This document shows, one piece after another, positions 51,780 through 62,401 of a stretch of 64,000 nucleotides of DNA; position 1 is the first letter of the stretch, and each line of letters starts with the position of its first letter. Made by a program: the position numbers and the translations under genes. Source of the stretch: Candidatus Udaeobacter sp. (GTDB lineage Bacteria; Pseudomonadota; Alphaproteobacteria; Dongiales; Dongiaceae); the NCBI GenBank assembly GCA_035604155.1, contig DATNJA010000240.1:3080-67079 (forward strand). Direction: 5' to 3'. The notes beneath the pieces were generated by a model. It was not told the DNA's origin, did no database searches, and was given only the letters and a program-made list of their open reading frames with translations.

Positions 51780-54033
51780 AGGTCTTGCTCAGCCTCAGTC
51801 GCGCGGCGATGCCCGGACTCACACTCGCCACAGACTCCGTCGCGAAGATCAGCTTCACCGTGGCGCCGCCGCCGGCGCGGTCGTCCAATATCAGATTGCC
51901 GGCGTGGTCCTCCATGATTTTCTTGACGATTGCAAGGCCGAGACCCGTCCCCTTCGCGCGCGTGGTGACATAGGGCTCGGTGAGGCGGTGGCGCTCGCTA
52001 TTGGGCAGGCCGCGTCCATTGTCCTCGATCGCGATGGTCAATCGCCGTTGCACCCGCACGGCGGAGAGCCAGATCTCGCCGACCGGTCCCCCAGGGTCAT
52101 CGGAAAGCCGGCTTTCGATGGCGTCGGCCGCGTTCTGGAGCAGGTTGGTGAGCGCCCGGCTCACCTGGGTCGCATCGCAGCTCAACAGGTCCGGCCCGGC
52201 GGGCAGCGCGACGTGATAGCGGATTTGCGGATGCGCGCTCTGCTGCAAGAACAGCGCCTGGCGGCAAAGCTCGCCGACATCCTCGTCTTGCATGACCGGT
52301 GCCGGCATCCGCGCGAAGGACGAGAATTCGTCAACCATCCGGCCGATGTCGCCGACCTGGCGCACGATGGTGTCGGTGCAGACCTGGAACGTCTCCGGAT
52401 CGTCGGTAATCTGCCTCAGGTACTTGCGCTTCAGCCGTTCGGCTGCGAGCTGGATCGGCGTCAGGGGATTCTTGATTTCATGGGCTATGCGCCGGGCCAC
52501 ATCCGCCCAAGCCGCCTTGCGTTGCGCGCGCAGGAGCTCGGTCACGTCGTCGAAGGTGACGACGAGGCGCTCGCTCTCCGCCTCGCCGCGCTCGGCGCCG
52601 ACCCGCACCAGGAGCGTGCGCCGGTTCCCCGCGCGTTCGATGTCGACCTGCCCTTCCACGGACCGCCTCGGCGTCGTCATCGCGGCCTCGATCAGCGACG
52701 CCATCTCCGGCACGACGTCGGCCAATCTCTGGCCCAGGCAACGGTCAAGATCGACGCCCAACAGCTCTCGCGCCGACCGGTTCGGCAGATCGATCCTGCT
52801 GGCCTGGTCGAGGCCGATGACGCCTGCCGATACGCCGGCCAGAACCAGCTCGGTGAAGCGCCGGCGTGCGTCGAGCTGGGCGTTCGCTTCGATCAATTCA
52901 CCACGCTGGCTTTCGAGCTGGCTGGTCATGCGATTGAAGGCCCGGCTCAAGCCCCCAATCTCGCCGTCGACGGCGCGTTCTTCCACCCTGACCGAGAGAT
53001 CGCCGCTACGCACCCGCTCGGCCGCATCGGCCAGCAGGCCCAACGGCCGCGCCAGCTGGGCGGAGAAAACCAGCGCCAACCAGATGGCGGCGCACAGCAC
53101 CAGCAGGGCGACGACGGCAAAGACGAAGGCGAAGGTAATCTGCATCGTCGATCGCCGGCTCTCGAGATCCTGATAGATCTGGGCCGCGCTGGAGGCCTTG
53201 TCGACATGGCCAAGCACCTTGGGATCGACGAGCCGTCCCACATAGAGGAACGTGTCGGCGATCGGATCGAGCTGGACCAGGGCCCGCACTCGGTCGCCGG
53301 TCGGGCTGGGCAGGATCACGACCTGGCCGGCGCGGGCTTGGTTGAAGGCCCAATCGGGCAGATCGAGGCTGAAGGACATCACGATGCTGAGATTGGCGTT
53401 GGCGAGAACCTCGCGCCGCCCATCAATGACGGCGGCCTCGTCGAGCTGGCGCAGCTCCGCGTGGAGCGAGAGGAGCTGGGCAAGCTGACCGCGGTTGAAT
53501 TGGAGGCTTGGCCCCTGGCGCTGAAGATCGCTCGCCATGGCGAGCGCCTCGTCCCCAAGCCGCTGCTGATGCTCCTGCAGATAGGCCTGGGCGACCAGCA
53601 GGGAATCGTTGACCGCCGTGCTCACCCGAGCGCTGAACCAGGTGTCGATGCCGTAGTTGAGGAACAGCGTCGTGAAAACGGCAACGATGATAGTGGGCGT
53701 CACCGCAGCCAAGCTGAACAGCAGGACCATGCGGGCATGGAGGCGGGCGCCGGCCAGCCCGCTGCGCCGCTCTGCCCATAGGGCGACCAGCCGGCGCGCC
53801 AACACGGTGCCGAGCAGCAGCAGGACGATGAGGTCGACGAGCAGCAGCCAGATGGTTGCCCGGCTGCGCAGTGCGCCGATGTTGCCGGTCAGCTCTCCGT
53901 AAGTCGTAAGCCCAGAAGCCACGGCCATGACCAGAAGAGTCAGGGCGAGCTTGCGCTCCAGGCCGACCCGGCGGGCCCAATCGATTTGGCGGCGCAGCAG
54001 CAACGCCGCCGTATCCGTCCATGTCACAGCCAT
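51769..54033 (-). CDS. ntrY: Sensor histidine kinase NtrY
   Basis: N-terminal TM block, HAMP, PAS, H-box ARRIAHEIKNPLTPI, and N/G boxes (NLLQNAADA, TGLGLAIV). Confidence 0.92.
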   Translation of the reverse strand: MAVTWTDTAALLLRRQIDWARRVGLERKLALTLLVMAVASGLTTYGELTGNIGALRSRATIWLLLVDLIVLLLLGTVLARRLVALWAERRSGLAGARLHARMVLLFSLAAVTPTIIVAVFTTLFLNYGIDTWFSARVSTAVNDSLLVAQAYLQEHQQRLGDEALAMASDLQRQGPSLQFNRGQLAQLLSLHAELRQLDEAAVIDGRREVLANANLSIVMSFSLDLPDWAFNQARAGQVVILPSPTGDRVRALVQLDPIADTFLYVGRLVDPKVLGHVDKASSAAQIYQDLESRRSTMQITFAFVFAVVALLVLCAAIWLALVFSAQLARPLGLLADAAERVRSGDLSVRVEERAVDGEIGGLSRAFNRMTSQLESQRGELIEANAQLDARRRFTELVLAGVSAGVIGLDQASRIDLPNRSARELLGVDLDRCLGQRLADVVPEMASLIEAAMTTPRRSVEGQVDIERAGNRRTLLVRVGAERGEAESERLVVTFDDVTELLRAQRKAAWADVARRIAHEIKNPLTPIQLAAERLKRKYLRQITDDPETFQVCTDTIVRQVGDIGRMVDEFSSFARMPAPVMQDEDVGELCRQALFLQQSAHPQIRYHVALPAGPDLLSCDATQVSRALTNLLQNAADAIESRLSDDPGGPVGEIWLSAVRVQRRLTIAIEDNGRGLPNSERHRLTEPYVTTRAKGTGLGLAIVKKIMEDHAGNLILDDRAGGGATVKLIFATESVASVSPGIAARLRLSKTYGA

Positions 54034-54083
54034 GGCCGATTTGCCACCGGGTTCTCTGCCGCCTGTTGCACGATTGCCACAGC

Positions 54084-55520
54084 CTAGCGGAGGCTGCGGA
54101 GGATTTCGATATCCAATTCGCGGATCTTTTTCCGCAAGGTATTGCGGTTGATGCCCAGAAGTTCCGCAGCCTTGATCTGGTTGCCGCGGGTCGCTTCCAG
54201 GGCAATGGCGAGAAGCGGGCGCTCGACTTCCCTCAAGACCCGGTCATAGAGACCGCTGGCCGGCAGTCCCGGCTGATGGGCGGAGAAATATTGGCGCAGA
54301 TGCCGGCCGGTAGCCTCCGACAGCGACTCCGCCCGCCCGTTCACGTCCGGCTCTTGGGGCGATGAACCTGCGAGTTCCGCTTCGATGATGTCGGCGCCGA
54401 TGACCGGTTGGCTATAGAGCACGGCCATGCGCCGCATCAGGTTTTCCAGCTCGCGCACATTGCCCGGCCAGCTATGGCTTCTGAGGCGTTCCTGGGCCGC
54501 GGCGTCGAGGGCCTTGGGTGCCTCCCCGGCCGGCGCGCCTGCGGCAAGGAAATGTCGGGCCAGGTCGGCGATGTCTTCCTTGCGCTCCCGCAAGGGCGGA
54601 AGCCGGATGGGCACTACGTTCAGACGGTAGAAGAGATCCTCGCGAAACTGTCCCTGGCGGATGGCCTGGCGCAGGTCACGATGGGTCGCCGCGACGATAC
54701 GCAGATCGGCCTTGATCGGCTGGCGGCCGCCCACGGTGGTGAACTCTCCGTCCTGCAACACGCGCAGCAGGCGTGTCTGGGCATCGGGCGGCATATCCCC
54801 GATTTCGTCCAGGAACAGGGTGCCGCCGGCCGCCTGCTCGAACCGCCCGACGCCGCGGCCAAGTGCCCCGGTGAAGGCGCCCTTCTCGTGGCCGAACAGT
54901 TCGCTCTCGATCAGCTCGCGCGGGATGGCGGCCATGTTGACGGCGATGAAGGGGCCACGCCGGCGTTTGCCGTAGTCGTGCAACGCGCGGGCCACCAGCT
55001 CCTTGCCGGTTCCGGATTCGCCGAGGATGGTGACCGTCAGGTCGCTCGCCATCAGCCTCGCCATGACGCGGTAGATCGCCTGCATGGCGGGCGATCGTCC
55101 GATCAAAGGCAGGCCCTCGCCGCCGGCGGATTCCGCAGCCGGCTCGGGCGGCCCCGGCAAGCGCAAGGCGCGCTCGACCATGCCCACCAGCTGATCGAGA
55201 TCGAAGGGCTTGGCGAGGTAGTCGAAGGCCCCGCGCTCCGCCGCGCGCACCGCGGTCAGCAGGGTGTTCTGCGCACTCATGGCGATGATGCGCAGCTCCG
55301 GACGGAGCTTTCGGATGCCCGGAATGAGATCGAGTCCGTTGCCGTCGGGCATCAGTACGTCGGTGATGACCAGGTCCCCGTCGCCTTCACCGATCCACTG
55401 CCACAGGGTCGAAGCCTTGTCGGTGCTCCGCACGCGGTAGCCGAGGCGGCCCAGCGCCTGATCCAGAACGACGCGGATGGAACGGTCGTCGTCGGCGATC
55501 AGGATGCTCTCGCCTGTCAC
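54084..55520 (-). CDS. ntrC: Nitrogen regulation response regulator NtrC (sigma54 activator)
   Basis: Receiver domain, [14 protein letters not shown] (KGAFTGA), ESELFGHE and a C-terminal Fis HTH. Confidence 0.95.
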   Translation of the reverse strand: MTGESILIADDDRSIRVVLDQALGRLGYRVRSTDKASTLWQWIGEGDGDLVITDVLMPDGNGLDLIPGIRKLRPELRIIAMSAQNTLLTAVRAAERGAFDYLAKPFDLDQLVGMVERALRLPGPPEPAAESAGGEGLPLIGRSPAMQAIYRVMARLMASDLTVTILGESGTGKELVARALHDYGKRRRGPFIAVNMAAIPRELIESELFGHEKGAFTGALGRGVGRFEQAAGGTLFLDEIGDMPPDAQTRLLRVLQDGEFTTVGGRQPIKADLRIVAATHRDLRQAIRQGQFREDLFYRLNVVPIRLPPLRERKEDIADLARHFLAAGAPAGEAPKALDAAAQERLRSHSWPGNVRELENLMRRMAVLYSQPVIGADIIEAELAGSSPQEPDVNGRAESLSEATGRHLRQYFSAHQPGLPASGLYDRVLREVERPLLAIALEATRGNQIKAAELLGINRNTLRKKIRELDIEILRSLR

Positions 55521-56620
55521 GGTCTTTCGTCCTCACTGGCCGCAGGCAGCAGGATTCGGAACTGGGTCCGGCGCGGCTCGCTCGCTAGCTCGATCAGGCC
55601 ACCATGGTCGGCAACGATCTTGGCGGCGAGCGCCAGACCCAGGCCCTTGCCGCCTGTCTTGCCCGAAATGAAAGGATCGAACAGCCGCGCGCGAATGGCC
55701 TCGGGGATTCCGGGACCATTGTCCTGGACGGTCACCAGCAAGGGCAGATGCCGCCGCCCGCCCGCCGGCTCCGTCAATCTGAGACCATGCTGGAATCTGG
55801 TCGAAAGGGTGATCGTCCCCCCCTCTTCTGTCGTGGCTTCAGCGGCGTTCTTCACCAGGTTGAGGAATAGCTGGACCAGCAGGTCGCGGTTGCCCTGCAC
55901 CGCCGGCAGGGACGGATCGTAGTCGCACAAGAAGCGCCGTCCGCGCCCGAAACCCGCTTCGGCAATCCGACGCACATGGTCGAGGACGCGATGGATGTTG
56001 ACAGGTGCCAGAACCAGCGGCTGCTCCTCGGCGAACATCTCCATTCGATCCACCAGGGCGACGATTCGGTCGACCTCTTCGCGAATGAGACGGGTGAGCG
56101 CCTTGCCCTCTTCGTCGAGCGCGGGCTCCAGGAGCTGGGCCGCGCCGCGCACGCCCGAAAGCGGATTCTTCACCTCATGGGCCAGGACGGCGGCCAGCGT
56201 ACCCATGGCGCGGGCGGTGTCCATGCGGTTCAGAGCCTGGTCGAGGCGACTGCTAAGAGAGCGTTCCTGAAGCATCAGGCAAAGCCATCCTGGACGCTCC
56301 GCCAGCGGCGCTATGTCCACCGCGACCCGCCGGCGCCCCAAAGCCGGCGTTTCCAGGGCCATTTCCCGATCGGCGATGCTGACGCCCTGGCTGCGAGCCT
56401 GTGCCAGAAGCGAGAGGAGGGGCGAATCCGCCGGCAGGAATTCGGCCAGCGGCCGGCCCGCTGGCGCCACGCCAAGGAACTGGGACGTCGCCGCGTTGGC
56501 CTGAACGATGAGATTGGTCGGATTGAGGGCCAGTACCGGAAGAGGCAGGGACTGGACCAGCTGGGCGGGATCGATCGTGGCCGCCGGCGCTAGCTGCAAG
56601 ACTGGCGCGGCGCGTGCCAT
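55517..56620 (-). CDS. ntrB: Nitrogen regulation sensor kinase NtrB
   Basis: PAS domain, H-box [13 protein letters not shown]-box [12 protein letters not shown]-box [13 protein letters not shown] overlap with ntrC. Confidence 0.93.
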   Translation of the reverse strand: MARAAPVLQLAPAATIDPAQLVQSLPLPVLALNPTNLIVQANAATSQFLGVAPAGRPLAEFLPADSPLLSLLAQARSQGVSIADREMALETPALGRRRVAVDIAPLAERPGWLCLMLQERSLSSRLDQALNRMDTARAMGTLAAVLAHEVKNPLSGVRGAAQLLEPALDEEGKALTRLIREEVDRIVALVDRMEMFAEEQPLVLAPVNIHRVLDHVRRIAEAGFGRGRRFLCDYDPSLPAVQGNRDLLVQLFLNLVKNAAEATTEEGGTITLSTRFQHGLRLTEPAGGRRHLPLLVTVQDNGPGIPEAIRARLFDPFISGKTGGKGLGLALAAKIVADHGGLIELASEPRRTQFRILLPAASEDERP

Positions 56621-57606
56621 CAGGCGGCCTGCCGCTCCAGAAGGGGGCGATAGAAGCTGCGGATCGCGGCCATGGCGGCGCCCGGTTCGTCGATCCTATT
56701 GAAGGCGGCGCGGAACTCAGCCGAACCGGGCAGCCCTTTGCTGTACCAAGCGACATGCTTGCGGGCCACCCTGAGACCCACGCCGGCCCCGTAGTGGTTC
56801 AGCATCGCCTCATAGTGTTCGAGAACGAGCGCTCCCTGTTCGGCCAACGTCGGGTCGGCGGGCACCGGTTCGCCACGCAGCATTGCCATCGCCTGCCTCA
56901 AGAACCAAGGCCGGCCATAGGCTCCGCGGCCGATCATCACGCCGTCGGCTCCCGAGAGCGTGAGCGCGCGACGTACACCGCCGAGATCGACGATGTCGCC
57001 GTTGACGATCACGGGAATTGCGACCGCCTGCTTGACCTCCCGGAGAAATTCCCAATCGGCGGTGCCCTCATAGAGCTGGCAGCGGGTGCGCCCGTGGACC
57101 GTGATCATGCGGATGCCCGAGCTCTCGGCGATGCGTGCCAAGCGCGGCGCATTTCGATTGGCGTGATCCCAGCCGGTACGCATTTTCAGGGTGACCGGCA
57201 ACGACACCGCCCTCACGGTGGCTTCCAGGATCCGGCCGGCATGGCGCTCGTCGCGCATGAGGGCGGAGCCGGCATGGCCGTTCACCACCTTCTTCACCGG
57301 GCAGCCGAAATTGATGTCGATGATGGCCGCACCCCGATCCTCGTTCAGTTTCGCCGCCTCGGCCATCACTGCCGGCTCGCAGCCGGCGAGCTGGACCGCC
57401 ATGGGAAACTCCTCGGGCTCGGTCCGGGCCATGAGCAGGGATTGGCGAGACTCCCGGATCATGGCTTGGCTGGCGATCATCTCGGACACGACGAGCCCGG
57501 CCCCCGCCCGCTTCACCAGCCGGCGGAAAGGCAGGTCGCTCACCCCGGACATGGGGGCGAGGATGACCGGATCGGCAATCTGGATGGGCCCGACCTTGAT
57601 GCTCAT
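56620..57606 (-). CDS. dusB: tRNA-dihydrouridine synthase B (NifR3)
   Basis: ILAPMSGVSDLPFRRL, DINFGCPVKKV, TVHGRTR. Classical position upstream of ntrBC. Confidence 0.93.
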   Translation of the reverse strand: MSIKVGPIQIADPVILAPMSGVSDLPFRRLVKRAGAGLVVSEMIASQAMIRESRQSLLMARTEPEEFPMAVQLAGCEPAVMAEAAKLNEDRGAAIIDINFGCPVKKVVNGHAGSALMRDERHAGRILEATVRAVSLPVTLKMRTGWDHANRNAPRLARIAESSGIRMITVHGRTRCQLYEGTADWEFLREVKQAVAIPVIVNGDIVDLGGVRRALTLSGADGVMIGRGAYGRPWFLRQAMAMLRGEPVPADPTLAEQGALVLEHYEAMLNHYGAGVGLRVARKHVAWYSKGLPGSAEFRAAFNRIDEPGAAMAAIRSFYRPLLERQAA

Positions 57607-57718
57607 TTTGTAGGCGAACCAGTAAGATGCCTAAGAGATGGGCAATGCTACCGCCTTTCTGCTGCGGTGCAACAGAAAACGACTGGGCGCGCGGGGCAAT
57701 ATGCAGGCCGCCGCCGGT

Positions 57719-58507
57719 TCAGGAAAGCAGAACGTCCCGCACGAACTTCACGCCGAGAAAGGCCAGGGTCAGCAGCAGGTAGGCGGTGAGCACGAAGCGT
57801 GCCGCTCGCCGGCCGCGCAGGCCCGTGCGCCATTGAAGCCACAGGAGCAGCCCGATCACGACGAAGGCAAGCAGCGAGAAGACCGTCTTATGGTCGAAGA
57901 CCAGGAGTCGGCCAGAGATCAGGTATTGGGTCGCCATGCCGCTCAGAACGCCGATACCGAGGACGACCTCGGCCGCACTCAAGAGGCCATGAACCAGCCG
58001 TTCGCCGTCGGCGATGGACGGCAGGGTCTGGAAAAATGGGCTTTGCCAGCGGCGTTTCAGCGCCCGCTCCTGGAGCAGGCCGGCAAGCCCCGCGACCGCC
58101 GCAATGGTGGCGAGCCCATAGGTGGCGAGGGACACGGCGATATGGACGCCGAGCCAGGCCGCCGATGGCTTCGGCGATTGCGGCTCGGCGGGCAGGGCCG
58201 CGAACAGCGTTCCGCCGACCCCGAGCAGGAAGCAGTAGGCGGCCAGGAGCGGCAGAAGCCGCCAGGCCGTGTCGTTCAGCGCTGCGGCGACGACGAAGAG
58301 GATGAGGGCCGCATCGGCGCTGACCCAAAGCGCGCCGCTGAAGCTCGCATGCCAACCTTGGGCATTGGCGACGGCGACTTGGATCGTGGGCCCCGCCACG
58401 GCAAGTGCCAGCGCGCACCAGACCGCCGCGTCGCGCCGCTCTCGAGGGCGCAGCAGCAGCAGGATAGCGGGAACCAAAGCCAGGAGTGCAACGAGATCGA
58501 GGAGCAT
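57719..58507 (-). CDS. Cytochrome c assembly-family (CcsA/YpjD-like) inner membrane protein
   Basis: 262 aa from MLLDLVALLALVP, about 8 TM. Overall resemblance to the YpjD-type family; no clear WWD heme-handling motif seen. Confidence 0.55.
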   Translation of the reverse strand: MLLDLVALLALVPAILLLLRPRERRDAAVWCALALAVAGPTIQVAVANAQGWHASFSGALWVSADAALILFVVAAALNDTAWRLLPLLAAYCFLLGVGGTLFAALPAEPQSPKPSAAWLGVHIAVSLATYGLATIAAVAGLAGLLQERALKRRWQSPFFQTLPSIADGERLVHGLLSAAEVVLGIGVLSGMATQYLISGRLLVFDHKTVFSLLAFVVIGLLLWLQWRTGLRGRRAARFVLTAYLLLTLAFLGVKFVRDVLLS

Positions 58508-58590
58508 GTGCGCCGGGATGGTGGTGCCCACCGCTAGCCGGAAAAACCCGGCTTGGCAAGCCTCGGCAGACGGCACTACCCTCCCGGCCG

Positions 58591-59742
58591 ATGAACCCCT
58601 GCCCCACCGTCGCCCTCCTCGTCGCCGCCGGCCGCGGCCAGCGCTTCGGCGCCGCCCTGCCCAAGCAGTATTTGCCGCTGGCAGGCAAGCCGGTGCTGCG
58701 CCACAGCGTCGAGGCCTTCGCCCGCCACCCGTCGGTCGATGGGGTGCGCGTGGTCATTCATGGCGACGACAGGCAGCGCTACGAGGCGGCGTTGTCGGGT
58801 CTCACGCTCCTTCCTCCCGTCGAAGGCGGAGCCACGCGGCAGGAATCGGTCCGCCGCGGCTTGGAGAGTCTGGCCGGCCTCGCATGCGAGCGCGTGCTCA
58901 TCCATGACGCCGCCCGTCCGCTGGTGGACGCACGCCTGATCGATCGGACGCTGGCCGCCCTCGATCACGCGGCAGGTGCCATTCCGGCCCTGCCCATTGC
59001 CGATACGGTGAAGCGCGCAGAAGACGGGCTCATCGCTGAGACCCTGGACCGGACCAAGCTCTTTCGCGCCCAGACGCCTCAGACCTTCCGCTATGCCGAG
59101 ATCCTGGCGGCCCATCGCACCGCGGCGGGGCGCGAGCTGACCGATGACGCCGCCGTAGCCGAGGCATCGGGCCTTGCCGTCGCGCTTGTCGCCGGGGCGG
59201 AGGATAACTTCAAAGTCACGAACGAAACCGATCTGCAGCGTGCGGAGCGCCTGCTGGCGCCGGCGATCGATCTGCGCTGCGGCAACGGCTTCGACGTTCA
59301 CCGGTTTTGTTCCGGCGACAAGGTGATGCTCTGCGGCATCGCCGTGCCTCATGACCGGGGTCTGGAGGGTCATTCGGATTCCGACGTCGGCCTTCATTCG
59401 CTGACCGATGCCCTGCTCGGCGCCATCGGCGCCGGCGACATCGGGATGCATTTCCCGCCCAGCGATCCGCAATGGCGCGGGGCGGATTCCGCCCGCTTCC
59501 TCGCCCATGCGGCCGCCCTCGTCGCAGCGCGGGGCGGGCGCATCGTTTCGGTCGACGTGACTCTGATCTGCGAGCGCCCGCGCATCGGTCCCTATCGTCA
59601 GGTCATGGTCGAGCGGGTTGCGACGATCCTCGCCATCGACGCCTCGCGGGTCAGCGTCAAGGCGACCACCACCGAGGGATTGGGCTTCACCGGACGGCAG
59701 GAAGGCATCGCCGCCCAGGCGACGGCCAGCGTGCTGCTGTGA
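58591..59742 (+). CDS. ispDF: Bifunctional IspD/IspF (MEP cytidylyltransferase / MEcPP synthase)
   Basis: Start at MNPCPTVALLVAAGRGQRFG. IspF half has GNGFDVHRF and HSDSDVGLHSLTDALLGA. Confidence 0.93.
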   Translation: MNPCPTVALLVAAGRGQRFGAALPKQYLPLAGKPVLRHSVEAFARHPSVDGVRVVIHGDDRQRYEAALSGLTLLPPVEGGATRQESVRRGLESLAGLACERVLIHDAARPLVDARLIDRTLAALDHAAGAIPALPIADTVKRAEDGLIAETLDRTKLFRAQTPQTFRYAEILAAHRTAAGRELTDDAAVAEASGLAVALVAGAEDNFKVTNETDLQRAERLLAPAIDLRCGNGFDVHRFCSGDKVMLCGIAVPHDRGLEGHSDSDVGLHSLTDALLGAIGAGDIGMHFPPSDPQWRGADSARFLAHAAALVAARGGRIVSVDVTLICERPRIGPYRQVMVERVATILAIDASRVSVKATTTEGLGFTGRQEGIAAQATASVLL

Positions 59743-60206
59743 GTGCCGCAGCACTGCTCGACCTCTATCGCCGGGCCGGGCTTCGCATCGCCACGGCAGA
59801 GTCCTGCACCGGCGGGCTCCTGGCGGGACGGCTGACCGACGTGGCCGGTTCCTCCGACGTGCTGGAGCGGGGCTTCGTCACCTATTCGAACGCGTCCAAG
59901 ACGGAGCTGCTGGGCGTGCCCGCCGCACTCATCGCCAAGCATGGCGCGGTCAGCGCCCAGGTCGCCCGGGCCATGGCCGAAGGCGCGCTCGCCCATGGGC
60001 CGGCCGAGGTGGCGATAGCGGTCACCGGCATTGCCGGGCCGGGTGGCGCCACGCCGGGCAAGCCCGTCGGCCTGGTCTACCTGGCGCTCGCTCGCCGTGG
60101 ACGCGAGACGGCGGTGGAGCGGCATCAGTTTCCGGGAGACCGGGCGGCAGTGCGCAAAGCGACGGTGGACTGCGCCATCGAGTTGCTGGGCAGCGCGCTC
60201 GCTTGA
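59739..60206 (+). CDS. CinA C-terminal-domain protein (nicotinamide-nucleotide amidase PncC type)
   Basis: GTG start overlapping the ispDF stop. IATAESCTGGLLAGRLTDVAGSS..F..G.VTYSN..K, VTGIAGPGG. Confidence 0.88.
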   Translation: MSAAALLDLYRRAGLRIATAESCTGGLLAGRLTDVAGSSDVLERGFVTYSNASKTELLGVPAALIAKHGAVSAQVARAMAEGALAHGPAEVAIAVTGIAGPGGATPGKPVGLVYLALARRGRETAVERHQFPGDRAAVRKATVDCAIELLGSALA

Positions 60207-60997
60207 CGCGACGCGTCTTCGGGGTGGATTTCAGCGGCGCGACGGATGCCGGCCGGCGCATTTGGATCGCCGAGGGCGAAGCATCTGCACGGGGGTTGCG
60301 AATCCTTTCCTGCCAGCCGGCGGAAGAGCTTCCTGGCGGGGCGAGGGAACGGGGCCTGGCACTCTCGGCCTTGGGCCAATTCATCGCCGGGCACCGGGAC
60401 GCGATCTTCGGATGCGACTTTCCCTTCGCCTTGCCCCGGCAGATCGTGAGCGCCAAGACCTGGGACAGCTTCATCGCCGGGTTCGATCACGCCGACGCGG
60501 CCGCCTTTCGCGAATCTTGCCGCCGCTTGAGTCCTGGACGCGAACCCAAGCGGCAGACGGACATAGAGGCCAGGACTCCCTGGTGCGCGTTCAACCTGCG
60601 CCTGTACCATCAGACCTACTGGGGTTTGGCGGGACTTCTGCGGCCGCTCGTGGCTGCATGAGCTGTCGCCGTGCTGCCCATGCAAGAGCCGGCCGCCGGT
60701 CTCGCCTGGATGATCGAAACCTGCCCGGCGTCCATCCTGAAAAAACTGGACTGGCGGGGAAGCTACAAGAATGCGTCGCTCGCCGGCCAGCGTCGCGCTA
60801 TCTTGCAATTGCTGGAACGCAAGGGCCATCTCGCTTCCTTCGATGGCAAGCTTGCCGATCGCATCCTCGCCGACCCGGGCGCAGACGCGCTCGACAGCAT
60901 CATCGCAACGCTGGCAACCGCGCGGGCGCTCGGCGACATCGCCGCCGGCCGCGGGACCGGAGACAGGATCGAGGGGCGAGTGTACTTCAAAGTCTAG
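60203..60997 (+). pseudogene. Conserved-looking hypothetical gene (possibly DUF429/RNase-H-like) interrupted by one in-frame TGA at 60659-60661
   Basis: Track ORFs 59618..60661 (real part from about 60203, RVFGVDFSGATDAGRRIWIAEG) and 60671..60997 share one frame and are separated only by TGA plus three codons. Together they would give about 264 aa. Confidence 0.55.
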
Positions 60998-61449
60998 CCG
61001 CCCGTTGGCTTAGGCGCCCCATACAGATTCCGCGCCCGGGCCTCGAAGGCGCCTACCATGTGGCGCACGGCTTCATGGAACAGCACGCCGATCAGCTTCT
61101 GGAGCATGGCCGAGCGGAACTCGAATTCAACCCGGAAATCGATGCGGCAACAGCCGTCTCCCGCGAGCTCGAAGCGCCAACGGTTGGACATGTGCTTGAA
61201 CGGACCGTCGGCGTAGGTCACATGGATGGCGAGCGCTTCGGGATCGAGCTCGACTTGGCTGGTGAAGCGCTCGCGGATCATCTTGAAGCCGATGATGAGG
61301 TCGGCCAGCAGGAAATCGGGCCGGCGCTCGCGGATGCGGGCGCCGATGCACCAGGGCAGGAATTCCGGATAGCGCTCGACGTCCGCCACGAGATCGTAGA
61401 GCTGGCGCGGGCTATAGCCCAGCAGGCGCTGCTCGGCGTGCCGGATCAT
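60994..61449 (-). CDS. SRPBCC/START-domain protein (RatA / Coq10-like)
   Basis: 151 aa with YDLVADVERYPEFLPWC. Conserved position next to lipA. Confidence 0.85.
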   Translation of the reverse strand: MIRHAEQRLLGYSPRQLYDLVADVERYPEFLPWCIGARIRERRPDFLLADLIIGFKMIRERFTSQVELDPEALAIHVTYADGPFKHMSNRWRFELAGDGCCRIDFRVEFEFRSAMLQKLIGVLFHEAVRHMVGAFEARARNLYGAPKPTGG

Positions 61450-61463
61450 GAGGCCTCGCGCGT

Positions 61464-62396
61464 CTAAGCGAGGCGGGCACTGCGGGCGACCCGGAGCCGC
61501 TCGAAATCCTCGCCGGCATGGTAGGAAGACCGGGTGAGCGGCGATGCCGCCACCAGCAGGAAGCCCTTGCCCTCGGCCATGCGCTTCAGTTCCTGAAATT
61601 CCTCGGGCGGGACGAAGCGCTCGACCGGATGGTGCTTGGGCGTGGGCTGGAGATATTGCCCGATGGTGAGGAAATCGACATCTGCCACGCGCATGTCGTC
61701 CATCACCTGAAACACCTCCTCCCGCGTTTCGCCGAGCCCGACCATGAGGCCGGACTTGGTGAAGAGGCTGGGATCGAGTGCCTTCACCTTGGCCAGGAGC
61801 TGCAGGGAGGCAAAATAGCGCGCACCCGGCCGGACTGGGCGGTAGAGCCGAGGCACCGTCTCGAGGTTGTGGTTGTAGACATCGGGCCGGGCGGCCACGA
61901 CAGTCTCGACGGCGCCCGGCTTGCGCAGGAAGTCGGGCGTCAGCACCTCGATGGTCGTGGCCGGCGCCTGGGCACGGATCTGGCGGATGGTCTCGGCGAA
62001 ATGCGCCGCACCCCCGTCGTCGAGATCGTCGCGATCGACCGAGGTGATCACGATATGGGAGAGGCCGAGCGCCGCCACCGCTTCGCCCACATGGGCGGGC
62101 TCATGGGGATCGAGCTTGTCGGGCAGGCCCGTGGCAACGTTGCAAAAAGCGCAGGCCCGGGTGCAGACATCGCCCAGGATCATCATTGTCGCGTGCTTCT
62201 TGCTCCAGCATTCGCCAATGTTGGGGCAGGCCGCCTCCTCGCAGACCGTACGCAGATCGAGCCGGCGCATGAGCGCCCGGGTTTCTTGATAAGTGGCGGA
62301 TGTCGGCGCCTTGACCCGAATCCAGGCTGGCTTGCGCTGAATCGGGGAATCCGGCCGGTCGAGCTTCTCAGGGTGGCGGGGGCGGACGGCGTCCAT
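61464..62396 (-). CDS. lipA: Lipoyl synthase
   Basis: [13 protein letters not shown] auxiliary cluster and radical-SAM [10 protein letters not shown]. Confidence 0.95.
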   Translation of the reverse strand: MDAVRPRHPEKLDRPDSPIQRKPAWIRVKAPTSATYQETRALMRRLDLRTVCEEAACPNIGECWSKKHATMMILGDVCTRACAFCNVATGLPDKLDPHEPAHVGEAVAALGLSHIVITSVDRDDLDDGGAAHFAETIRQIRAQAPATTIEVLTPDFLRKPGAVETVVAARPDVYNHNLETVPRLYRPVRPGARYFASLQLLAKVKALDPSLFTKSGLMVGLGETREEVFQVMDDMRVADVDFLTIGQYLQPTPKHHPVERFVPPEEFQELKRMAEGKGFLLVAASPLTRSSYHAGEDFERLRVARSARLA

Positions 62397-62401
62397 GAAC
62401 C

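Noticed and set aside
60659-60661. Selenocysteine or programmed read-through at the in-frame TGA.
   Set aside because: Only a weak, mis-spaced hairpin lies downstream. There is no CxxU-like redox context and no selenium-utilisation genes in the window. A nonsense mutation or sequencing error is the simpler explanation; it is kept as a finding only as an anomaly.
60994-61449. A RatA-type toxin as part of a toxin-antitoxin system.
   Set aside because: There is no small partner gene. The protein is the SRPBCC/Coq10-like type that sits next to lipA as a housekeeping gene in alphaproteobacteria, as far as I recall. Its 3' end merely overlaps the convergent gene by 4 nt.
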